Of a DNA stretch of 64,000 nucleotides, positions 32,201-44,802 are shown in pieces; positions within the stretch are counted from its first letter, which is position 1; every line of letters starts with the position of its first letter. Source of the DNA: Catajapyx aquilonaris (Eukaryota); assembly GCA_000934665.2 (NCBI GenBank), contig JYFJ02001050.1, forward strand, positions 1 to 64,000. Direction: 5' to 3'. Below the pieces are notes generated by a model, which worked only from the letters and a program-made list of their open reading frames with translations, was not told the DNA's origin and made no database searches. Position numbers and translations under genes: made by a program.

Positions 32201-35200
32201 CGGCATTGCTTGTGGCTCGGTAGGAACTCCTGTAGTTGCTGGTTGATCACTCTGACTTGAGACCTGCGGAGTTGCTGCTGATGATGACTGCACTGGCACT
32301 GTTGGCTCCAATGAGGAAGAAACACTTGTTGTGCTAATCTCTTTAGTTGGCTCTTCTTTTTGCGAAGGTAACACTGGAGAAGGCGCGTCGGGCTGAGCTG
32401 TCACTGGCGACTGAGGTGGCGATGGTGCCGCAGGCAATGATTCTTGTTCGTATGATGGTGCTGGTGTTTTGAGCTCGAGTGTTGCTTCTGGTTGTGATGG
32501 CGATGGTGGCTGAAGAGTTGTTGCTTGCTCCACAACAGAAGGACCAGTTGTGCAGACACATTTCGAAAGGTCCGGCTCCTCCTGGGAGAGTGCTGGTGTT
32601 TGAGGTGCTGCTGTTTGGACCACGGTTATATCTGCTGTAGGAAGCTGTACTTCAGAGTGCTGCTCCACTGTTGCGACAATGTCCTTGGACACCTGCTCCA
32701 CATCTTGCCTAACAGCACTAACTTCCTTATTCAGAGTAGAAGGAAGATCCTCAGATGGCAGCAATGCTTGAGAAGGAAGGTCAGCGACGACCATGTCTTT
32801 TGGAGGCTCTCGTGATGGAGTAACGTCCGAATGACGAGGCTCTGCTTCGGCCACATTTGGTGCCTCAGCCGGAACTTCTTCCAATTCGGATGGTTGCGTC
32901 GGTGTTGTGACGCCAATGTCCTCTGGCAGCGTCGGCGTCTGTGGAGGCGATGACGGCACCGACGGAAATCTAATGTCGTTGATGAAGTCATCCTCCTCAG
33001 GTGGAAATATCCAAGGGCTGGTGCGCGCCGGGCTTTTGGCCACGAACTGATACGCACCCTCCTCTTCCTCCTTTGCTTGCTGACCTTGCTGACCACCCTC
33101 CGGTTCCTCAATGGAGGCCTCTGGTGTGAGGAAGGGATGCTCCTGCTGGCCATCGTCCAACGACGCCTCAGGAGTGAGGAATGGCACGCTCTTGCTCGCA
33201 AGCTCGTCCTGGTTTTCCTGCCTCTGGAGGATGCCCCTCTGTCGGTCAATTGGCTTGGTGACAACCCCATCGGGGGTCACCACCAGCTCCACCTGGACCT
33301 CCTCCTCCTCCTCCTTCACCGTGGTCTTGACCACCTCCACTACCCTCTCCTCCACCTCCTCCACCCGCACCTCCGACGGCCTCCTCTGCCCTCCTCCATC
33401 CTGGGTCACCAGCCACCCGTTGACCTGCTGACCTCGACCCTCATCCCGGCGTGTCCTGGTGGTGGCGACGCACCGCCTGACGCCCTGACATTTGAAGATG
33501 AAGAGGGCCTGTCTCGCCCTCCTGTAGTACAGATAGAGCGAGAAGAGGAAGAAGAAGGGCAGAGGCACCGCAAACGCCAGCCTGGACTCCTTGTGTGTGG
33601 TATCCTATCCCAGAGAGAGCTCGACCTCCAACTGAGAGGAGCCAACTATAATTCTCCGCCAGACCCTGGGCAGAACAGCCCCCCCCCNNNNNNCCCCCCC
33701 CCACCTCCACCATCCTCAAGGCCTTCCTCAGCAAAACTCGAGCCAAATATTTGCAGAATCAACCGAAATGCATATGTTGGACAGGTTTAACAAGCACGAC
33801 GGGAATAATGACGCCCCTGTGTGTGTGTGTGGCATAAGCGCAATGCTATCCTTGGTATGGTATTTGGAAGATTTTATGTACACAAATAGCGCAACCGCAC
33901 ACATAAACAAGCATTCCGCTTGTTTTTAGCGTCAAAATGTCAATCCGCGACGAATTATCGCGGGTTTAAATTGGCGCGGGGAAAAGGGGGCGTGGCCTAA
34001 AGGGCGCATTCCGACTCCTGCTAACCGCAGTGACGTCAGCAGACCTGTGCACCTGGCCGTTCGATTCCGTTGGTAGGGTAGCCAACAAAGCAACGGAACA
34101 AAGCAGCTCGGGTGCATTCCTGCCTCTGCACCGATCTGTTTAGCCACAGTGACGTCAGAGTGCAATACGACACCTGAATTTAGATAGATCATAGCTCGAA
34201 AACTAATACGTATTTCTTCAAACAAAAAATACCATAATTCATTTTAAAATTAAGACGATGTTAACATGGGTTTGCCAAAATGTATAGGCTCCCCCATTAT
34301 GAACAAGTTCTGCACACAATTTTTGACTATGCCAATGACCACCACTGATTGAACTAATTTATTCCGTCAATGTCCGAGCAGATTGACGTCTGCCTATAAC
34401 GACTGAACCTGCTGCAGTCAATAAGGATGCTGGATTTGTGGAGGCAGCAGCATCCACGGGTCTAAATCTGGGGGGCTAGCCTCTACACCTATATCTTTTT
34501 CTCTTTCTTTTCTTTTTTTCGTTGGTCCTCTTCCTCTGGCTGTGGTCCAGACAGGGGACCCTGCATCTGCCCAATTGCATCGCATGCCAGCAGCCACCCG
34601 CTGTGTGCTGATTTACAAAACCACTATTTCTGACGCACCCGGAAATGCCGGAACCTGGGGGCACATACCAGCATATAGAAGCAGAAAATAAGAAGAGAGA
34701 GAAAGAGGCAAGAAATTGGGTGGGCCGTCCACACAAAACACGTTGCCAGAAGGTGAGTACACTATTAATGGAGGGGCGATCAGAGGTGTGCATCTATGGA
34801 CAACATGCCAAATGGGGCACCGGTGCGCCTCTATTAAAAGAACAGACGGAATGAGCACACCTTTTTTAAACAAAAAAAAAAAACGTGTACGTATTATACG
34901 TGAATTCCTGCTGAAACACTCCACGTTTTGTTTACGTATACGCAAATCTACATAATTATGCAATGCACTGTATGGCCAAAAAGAAATGCAGAAAAGTGTA
35001 TCCTGGCGGGATGCAACCAACAGCACGTGGCTATGCTGAAGTGCTGATGGTTGCATAGCACTAGGATACAATTGGCCTAAAAATAATTTTGCCAAATAGT
35101 GCACGTGCACGGTTTTGACACGTATGCTGACAAGCCCTCATCTAATAACAATATTTGTCATAATAATCGCAATTGGACCCTCAGTTATCACTCGTACCAG

Positions 35201-38200
35201 TAATGCGACACAGGATTCGTCCCAATATTCCATCATTGCTATCACATATGTAAAAAAAAATGCGTACTTGCAAGATAAAAAGAAAGCGCCATTTCTTCCC
35301 AACACGAGCATTATTTACCTTGGTTGTGTCATCTGGGGGATGTGCTGCTTCGGTGGGATGCAGGTGGATTCTTTTGTCTACAGCTAACTGTATTTGCTGC
35401 ACTAAACTCTCTTTTTTAAGCTGTGAGTAACATGTAATGTGCGTGTGAGATTAATATAGGACAATGCGTGTGTCTTTTTGGATGCGGCGTGTGTGTGTCT
35501 GGGAAAACGTGGTTCATTTGGATGTGTCTTTTTTCTTTGCCAGAGAGACTCGAACGGACGGATGGGAAAGGACATATCACTTGGGATCGAACAGGACGGC
35601 TGTTAATGACAATAAATTTTAGAGAGCTACCAGCTGATCTCTTTTCGAAAAATCATTACTCGAAATAACACTTTTTGACAGCCACACAATTTAAAATTAA
35701 TATTGAATCAATCGTGTCTAATTATTGTGAAAGAATTACGCAGTGTGAACAATGCTTTTTTAAAAAAATAAACCATCATGAACATTGGTTGAAATTCAGA
35801 ATTTCTGAAGGGCGTACCTTTTTTTTATATATAAAAACAAGCAATTTTAATTGTATACGAATTCCACTCCGAAATGAGGCATTCTCTGGAGCGGATGAAA
35901 CCCCGACGCTCTTTGAGAGCACACTTTTGACAGCGACAAGTGGTCCTTTTCCCCTAATAGGATTGAGAGAGGCTTGGTTAAGTGACATGTGAGTGCGTGG
36001 ATGAGCATGTGATGTGTGTGATGTGTGTAAGTGGATTAAGCATGCGGCTGTGTGATGGTACAAATGGCGCTAACAACGCCCTCCCAAATTCGCAAAAAAT
36101 ATTATTTTACGCGTGCCCCACCCTTTGCGGCAATTTTTTTTGTGCGAATACGACTCATCCTTTGGTACGCTTCTGCACCAAAATGCAATTAAAAGTGATT
36201 GCCGATATTAAATGAGCATATTGAGCAGGTGAGGTCATTGAGTGGAATTTCAGTGCGAATTACTGCATAGAAAAATGAAAGTAGCGATCAGGTTGAAAGG
36301 AATGTCAGGGTTGAGTCACATGACAAAAACCTGTATGTAACAGAACCTACGCAGAAACTTGTTCATTACTCTTCAAAGAATATTTTTCGAGTGGGGTTTT
36401 CACCTTTCTCCACTCACACAGAGCAGAAATTGCACTCATTTTTTTTATGTTCGGTTCCTGCGCAGGATTTGCAATTTTACAGCCACACGAAACGTCACAA
36501 TTCCGTCCGTAAGCTATCAACCAAAATGAATTTTTGCTCACTTTTTTCGCGTGCAAATCACTTTTTTTTGCTGGTGCAGCAGCGAGCGTACCTTGGACGA
36601 GAGCGCATACCGGTACCGTCCCTCCAATCAAAAACCGGAATCCACCTGGTCCCATAACATAGGGAGGTATCTCTCTCTTCTGCGGAGGAGAGGTCAGGTC
36701 ACGAGCTGACCCGACCTCCAGGTGACCACCACCCGAAGCAGCACATACCCCTCTTCGGGAGCCGGCAGAGCCCTCGAATCGCTGTAGTCATTGGTGACCT
36801 CCACGACCTCTTCATCTCCCCTCTTGGTCTTGCTGGTGGTCTTCTTGGTCTTCTTGACCTTCCTCTCGGTGGTCACCGAGTAGTGCATCTCCACGTCCGC
36901 CATCTTCTTCGCTGGGTTTGGTGATGTACTATACAATGACAGCAGCTAGTGCTCGAGACCTGCTGACTCCAGGCCTTCCTGACGCCGACTGCAACCTCCG
37001 GGTGCTCTTCGCCGGCACTCGTTTGGCTTCAGGCCCGCCCGCCCTTTCGCCCCACCCGCCCACCCACCCACCCTTTGCACACGGGCATATATGGGACACG
37101 CCCCTGTGCACATACAACATGTCTCCAGGCACCATCACGCAGCCGCACATTCCAAACACGCCTCCACCCGTTGCCCCTAAATGTCCGCAACATTTTTTTG
37201 AAATCCCCGCCCACTGACCAACCCGCGCATGCGCATCAGTCGCCATCTTGACAGCGTTGGAAATAAGATACGACTGTGCACTATCCTTTAATGAATGAGA
37301 GGGGGGGACATTGTCCTTGTCACTTTTTTTTTCTTCTCCAGCAGCTAGAGGCTGCATGTAGTACCTACCTCCCCCAAAAAATGGGGTCCCAGAGGGTGTG
37401 TGTGCGCGTGTGAGATGGGCCGTGCATCCACCTTGCGACGTCATCTCTTCCGGGACCCGTTTATGGCGAGGAGAAACTTGAGCTAATTGCAGCCTGGAGC
37501 CAATTGGGTCACTCACTGTGGCTTCTCCTTTGCCTCCATTACAAACTACCCACATCTTCGGGGTTCTTTCGTTCCTCTTCATCTCTCCTCGCCTGTTCCT
37601 CCTGTCCATTCATCCATCTTCGTGTCGTCATGCTTCCAACACAACCAGTTTCATTTCTTACAATTTCGGGGCTCCTTTTGGGTGGGTGGGGGGGCCAAAA
37701 ATACGCTGCCCAAAAGTGGACGAGACCCTCCATGTCTTGCGTTACCGGTTTTCATTCCTCCGACTGGCATACTATAGAAAAACCGGCATTTTTCTAGGCC
37801 TGCGGCCTGCGGTGGGACATCCCAGTCCCGCTTTTTCACGTTTCCATGGAAATTACCTTCGGAAATCAACAGTATGACTCTCATACTGTATATGAGTCAA
37901 CAATGGCAGCGAAAGGGCACTCGTATTGTTGTGTGGCCAATCGGAAGATTCGCCGGTAACAATATACGGCAGACCAATAAGAGGCCTCGGTCATGCAACG
38001 AAGTATTTTAACATTATATATGTTGTTTTTTTTTTTGTTAACGAGCGCAACAGAGTGCGCACCCACACTCGCGCAAGTCGCCATTATTCCGACAATGACG
38101 TTGCCACATTTGCTTCTAAGGTAGCCTCTAATGTTCGTTCCGGGAGCCCCTTGGCAACATCGCAAAAGTCGGCCATATTGTTACTCCCTCTCAAGAGTAG

Positions 38201-41200
38201 TGTTGGAAACAATTTGCGCGAACTGCGTTGCGCACTCGATTGCGCTTATTTAGAAATTCATATATAGGACCTTTTTTCGCCAATTATTCATCCGGTCCTT
38301 CTTTCATGGACCAAAAGGCCCCAAATATATATTGTTATCAGAGCAGGGGGGCCGTCTGGTAAGATAGCTTGCCATAAGTGGTGACCGCAGCACGTGTCAA
38401 GGGCAATGAAACGTGGCACCCATATGCGATGTATATAGTACTGTACATATAGATATATTTTTGGCTTAAAAATTTGGTTGGAAAGGACAGGGTCAAGGGC
38501 TAGTTAGAGCGCGGTGGGATCTTGGCTCCGGATCCCAGAAACGGGGCTATTTTAGGTAGCGACAAGTATTCTAATGGTTTTCTTCTGCGGAATTATCGGA
38601 CCCCAGGAGGTCGAGAGAGGACATATGCTACGTATCTTCTCACGAGGATTTGGGAAGAGGGGGGGGGGGGAAGGTAGTTCAACCGCCATTACTAAAAGAG
38701 AAGAAGAAGAAGAAAAAAGGCAAGTTCTGATGGAAAGCAGCCGACGCGTTATGCAACAGGCCGCATCAATGATCGGGTAATTTCGGTTCCTATAATATGC
38801 ATAACATGGTGAAGAATCTATTTGAAGTGATCTATGCCCATCCATCAGCTACAAGCGTAATTAAAAGGGTGGGCTTGAGACATGTGCATACATGTTGAAG
38901 CTGCTTATTTTGTATGCCTTATTGAAGGGAGAGGTTTTAGTTGGGGGTGCAACATTGTATATTGATGCTTCTGTTGTCTGCGCTCGTTTTGATGGCCTTC
39001 ATCCAATCACGGCGCGTCATCTGGAACAGTCGGCCAAGAACGACCGCAGGTCCAGTGCACCAGTTGTAGGTCCCTTTTCACTCGAGATTATAAGTGACAG
39101 ATGATCCACACCAGCCCCAAGCTGCCAGAAATTCGATCTCAGCAGTGGTGCCAATCATCTCTCAAGTAAGCAGGCATTCAACTATAAGGTACGCAACAGT
39201 CGGTGACCAGTGTTGCACATTAATCGCATCATACTGTTAGCGACATTTGCTGAAGCGGCAGAAGTGCAAATCGAAGCCGTGCGAGTAAGAAGAGGTAGGC
39301 CTTGGGTGACGTCACCGGCTGGGGGGTAATGGTGAAAAGGCTTGTCCCCAATCAGTGACGTCACTCAAGGGCTACCATTTCTTACTCGCACGGCTCGCAC
39401 TTCGATTGGCACATCCGCCGCATCGGAAAATGTCGCTAGCAGTATGCCGCGATTAATGTCCAGCACTGAACTCCAGCTTCATTGAAATTATGGCGAAATC
39501 CGTCACTTTCAACTGAATACTGGAAATCAACTGAACAATCAGACTGTCCAAACCTTAACTGACAGTCCGCATTCCTGGTAACCCTACCTGAACTGTGTAA
39601 CTCATTTCCGCCTTCCATCCTTTGAGCAAAATTTTTGTTGTTTTTTTTTGCCACTGGCAAAATGTCAGGTGGCCTGTAGAAGGATAGGCTGCGAAGGTAA
39701 TATATAAATTGGGTCAAGAGCTGCCTCCCTTCCTCTCGCGCATGCATATAGGTTTTGGGTGTAGCAACATTTTGAACGTGTGACGGTAGCCTTTCCATCT
39801 GTCGGAAACAAGAGAAGCCCGCTCCTAAAATAGCCCAGCCTCTCCCTTTTCCTCTAGAAATTGCATTTTCGCCTACGTCACCTCCAAGCCAGACGATATA
39901 TAAACTTGCTGGGAGCTTCTTTTTTTTCTTTTAAGGAGGGCACCACACCACAGGGTGTCAAGTGGGTCACCTTTAAATACCAACCCAACGTGGACCACAG
40001 ATCATTGCACCTTTTTAACAACCCTCCCAAAATTTCTGGCCCTGCCAATATATTGTTTCAATAGGGGGCGTTTGGCACTAAAAGTGCTTCTAAAAATGGG
40101 GTGAACTTGGTTGAACCTTCTCTTAGAGGAGAGGCATAGGAAGGTGAACTTATTTCCAGTGCTGAGACACCCGAGAAGGGCGTGGCGGAAGGAACAGACG
40201 CCATTTTTGGAGATCGGCCCCCCAACCACCACCCCATCTCCAATCGTGGCCCTTGCCAAAACCAGGTTTCTTCCCGAAGCATCTTCTTCTTCTTCTTCTT
40301 CTTCCTAGTGACACCATGCCCCCCTATACCAACCTCCCCCGCAAGGTCGAACCCGCCTTCAACTTCCGTCTAGTCTCTTTTGCACTCATAGGCCTATCCT
40401 AGACTCTGCTATTAGTTACCGTTGTTTACTATGAGGAAGAGGCGCCCGAATTCCCAGACTTGCACACTTCCTCCATTCCTAGGCTTCCACAGGGTGTTGC
40501 AAACCTTTTAAAAATGTAACGGCGACCTCATAATGAAATGCTGCATTTGGACTGATCAGTTAGCATTTCATCCTATAGAGGTCTCATTCTTGCACACCCT
40601 GTATAGAAGAAGTGGCCAAGAGTATTTGTCAGGCACTGTACCGAGACAGAGGTATGCGCCTTTGGGTGACCAAGACTGATTTGAAGAGACACCTGCTCAG
40701 TTAACCTCTGGCCCACGCCTATTCCAAGAAGGCTTCATTTTGAATATTTGGGAGCAGCCAAAATTCCTCTACTTCTTCATCACAGTGTACACGACGAAAC
40801 TACTGCATGCACAATATCCAGAGTACTCGTGCGTACTGGTACGGACATGTGGTCTTCAAGTCGTAAGTTCTTTAGCCGTCCAAGGATGCAAATCATGTGG
40901 GAAACAAATGGGAGGTGACAGCAACAAGGTGTCGGGCCAAAAAGGTTGTCCGCAGGCGTTAATCCTGCGGGTGACTTCATGGACGCAATGCGGGTTTAGC
41001 ACGTACTGGTGTATAACGTACGTAGCTGAACGCTAAACATAGATCCTTGGACGCACGTATACGCTGCATTGACACCGGCCATTCTCCTCTAAAGACAGGC
41101 CTCGAAGAAAAGAAAAAAAGCTGGCAAATACTCGCTGCTGTTTGCAATAAAACGCGTTGGGAAATTTCCCTCGAGCTGTGTTTTTGAATGGCCAGCTCTT

Positions 41201-44200
41201 TATATACTAAAAGGCGCGTCTCGCACGCAGCCGTCAGCAAGCAAGAGATTCGGAGCCAAACACAACAATTTCCCAGCATGTGTGAAACCGACATCAACTT
41301 TCATCCCATCGTGTTTGGAATATATGGAAAACCGATCTTTCAAGATGCACGAAAAAAAATCGCAACTATCGCGCGCGAATCGCACAAGACACACAATCAA
41401 AGGAGCTTCCAAAACAAACTCATCCAGGATAACAAATGTACAGCAAAGAGCTTATCTACACGTATTATAGCAGTTGCAACTAATAATAAGTCGGAAAGTT
41501 ATTAGTTAGACATATCCAGCTAATCGTATAGTGGGCATGTTTACAGAAGACTTCTGATTGGACCGCCGCATTTGTTACCTCGACGCTTCCTATTGGCCCG
41601 CGTTCTACGCATGCGCAGTGGGTGGAGACAGCGCCTCTGGTGGGTGGGACTGGGAGGACAGGACTACAACATACTAGTAATGATATAAAAACGTATATTA
41701 TTCGCGGGTATCAACCACACATTATGACTATTACAGGCAAAGTCCAACTTGCACAATTTCAAAATGAAATTCTGGAGCAGCATTGTCAGGAATTTCTCTC
41801 TCTCTTCCCCCCCCCNCCCCCCCCCCCCCTCCTTCAAAAGCCGCCTGACATGCAATTCCCTTGGCTTATTTTGGCGCCCTGACCTAATCCTGGCAAAACA
41901 AACCCTCCGGCTGCATCGGTAGAATCGTGCAGAAGAGATTCCTTGGTCACGAACCCAACCCCACATTACATAAAAGTGATGTCTAAATTTCCGACAGTGT
42001 TTTGGCCGTTGCCACCAGGAACCGCCGCCGCCGGAGTCTCATCCCAGCAGCACCGAGTATATTATGTGTACGTAGGTGGCAAGGAAATGTCAGCAGGAAG
42101 CGAGATAAGCAGCCAGCAGCAAGAAGAAGCTTGGCAACGAAGGAGTAAACCTGCAGCTCTAAAATGGACCAAAGTAGAAGCAGCACAAACAAATTCCTCT
42201 CCTTCTTTTTCCCCCTCCCAGCAACCCACTCGTTGCAACTCACCTATATATATAAAAAGTGTTATATAGGCAAGAATGCGCACTGTACACTCCTTCCTAG
42301 TAGCTGTGGGATGGACACCTCTCAGACTCATCTCTGCCAGGATCTACCAAGATTATTAAGATGGCCAAACCCCCCTCCTCCTCCTCGCCAATCCCACACC
42401 TCAACCCACACCCCTCATATCCTCCAAATAAAAATGATGCTTATGGCCTACAGCAGCAAGCCAAAGCACGAAACGGCGACCTCTTCATCTGCGAGCCATT
42501 CCATCAACCCACACTAGCTAGAAATAGACACGACAGTCATTCTATCTCTCGCTCCAGGTCCCCCCCCTCCTCATGCACCACCCAACTTGAAAAGGCTGCC
42601 AAAAATCAGATGGAAAGGGACCCCCCGAAAAATAATTTCTGCCAGCCTAGGTTTCGTCTTTCCCCCACAAATTGAGGCCGAAAAAATAAATTAGTGTGCA
42701 GCTGCCTTGGACAAAATAATGTCGCTTTTTTCCGAGGGGAAAAGCAGCAGATGTGGACAATGCTCCAATGTTCCCAATTGTATCCCGGAATTTACTGTCT
42801 CTCTCTGTTGTGGTTGTTTTTTTGCTTGCAGAGGGTGCATTCTGTGTCAGGTATTTTGAGAGGGTAAGGAAGAAGCCAGGTTGTTGATAATTAACGTTGG
42901 ACCACTTCTCCCGTTTGGGGGGCTATAAAGCTGGTTATGTGGCTAAATATAATTTCGACCCAATATCCTTTAAAAAATATTACAAATAAAAAAAGTATAC
43001 TGGAACCAAATAAGTCAGGCCTTAGGTTGATTGTGAGGGGGCCATCTGCTGGCAAGCCAGCAAAGTTTCCTGCTATCAAGAATGACGTAAGTAGGAGGAA
43101 TGTGGTAAAGTTATACCGCAGCAACGTGGGCCATGCCTTATCTCAGAAAAAAAATGGAGCGTAAAATATATATTCGGAATCTTCATTGCGCCATAGCAGC
43201 GAATGTGACGCACCAACTGTATCTAAAAGCTCGAGAACAGCTCAGTTTTCAGATAAATAGCCCCCGCGTACATAAAATGGACGGTATTATGCAATAATGT
43301 GTCAACCCACAAAAAGTGTCGAAATCTAATTAAGCCCCCATTCATTCAGTTACAATCTTTGCCATAAATGACCGGAAAAGGACACCGAATAATTTCACAG
43401 GCGTGACATTCAAATCCCCATTTGTCAAGTTATCGTGTGGGTTGACTCATTATTGCATAACACCGTACAAATAATGTATAGTGACAGGGCAAAAAAAATG
43501 AGAAATAGCTGCCAATTATTGTTTGAATCTTGCAGCAGCTGACTAATGAGGCTAAAATTATACATTACCCGCGAATTTTCTTCGGCAGATTTAAAATTAG
43601 CTGCTAATTAGCAACGGCGAAGTGGCCAATTTGTGTTGTCATTGCTATTCTAAGGCGGAACCAATTTGGATCCGCTTATTTACATTTCGGTCCCCCCCCC
43701 CCCTCCTATCCGTTTAAATCCGGAAACGCGACATTGAGGAACAACAAACAGTGGTTAAGGTTTGTCCGATGACGTGTCGCTTTAAATACAACGTATGGGG
43801 TCAGCAGGAAAGGTGCATTCTGATGCAACGGAGCAGAAGAGTGGACCGATTAGCTATTTGGCTCAAGGTTTCTTTCCATCCAATCCTGCTTTTCATCCCC
43901 AGAATTAGCACCATGGAGTTCACCCCCACACGAATATACTATATACGCAAGTAGCCCCTGCTTCACGCCACGTCTCTCTCGGACACACCCCATAAAGCAA
44001 ACTGGCACTCCAGTCACGTCACTTGCTACTCAAGTGCCTCGTGTATCGGTCCGTACTGCTAAAATAAATATACCACGGCCCAGTCCAGCAGGCCTGCAAC
44101 GATCAGTAGGCTGCCTCCTTATATTGTGATTCCAAAAAAAAGGCACTACATACTGCACAAGTGGACATGAAGCTACTGTACACAATTTAAATATTGAAAC

Positions 44201-44736
44201 GGTTTATCATATGTGGTAAGGAATTGGGGCGATCGGATTCATCCTGACATTTCAGGGCCACCCAACCTGCAGCTCTGTTCGCAGGAGGTGCCTAACGCGC
44301 AGGATAAACTAATGGCCATTGCGGGACGGAAGTTACGAGATCAGTCGCGAAAAATGAGTTGCAATTATTATTAAATACGTACAATTACAGGTTGAAAAAT
44401 TACATTCATTACAGAGTGGCTGGAGTATGTTTCATTTGAGCAGTTTCGCTAATAATAGACTCTATCAGTTGGGATGTGGTTTGGTTGCATTGCACCGACG
44501 TCTAGCGAGCATTTTTACAAGCCAGTCGACGCCATCGCTTTAACCGGCTTCAACTTTTTTTTAAAAAAAAAAAAGGGGGGGGGGCGTCGGGACGAGTTGG
44601 TGCGACGCCCGCTAGAGGCCAGGAGGCGTCGCGATGCTTCAAAAAGCAAGATCAGGAATTCAGTCATTCACTCTCTCATAATGCATTTTCAAATCAACCC
44701 GCCTATTGCTACTGCTATCATCATCATCATAATCAT

Positions 44737-44802
<66 letters not shown>

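Noticed and set aside
29201..33703. Long poly-C tracts containing N bases
   Set aside because: These are homopolymer runs with uncertain base calls, so their lengths are unreliable
34476..34610. Possible additional Limpet exon (Lys/Glu-rich)
   Set aside because: Splice signals are weak and the composition is explained by a low-complexity purine run
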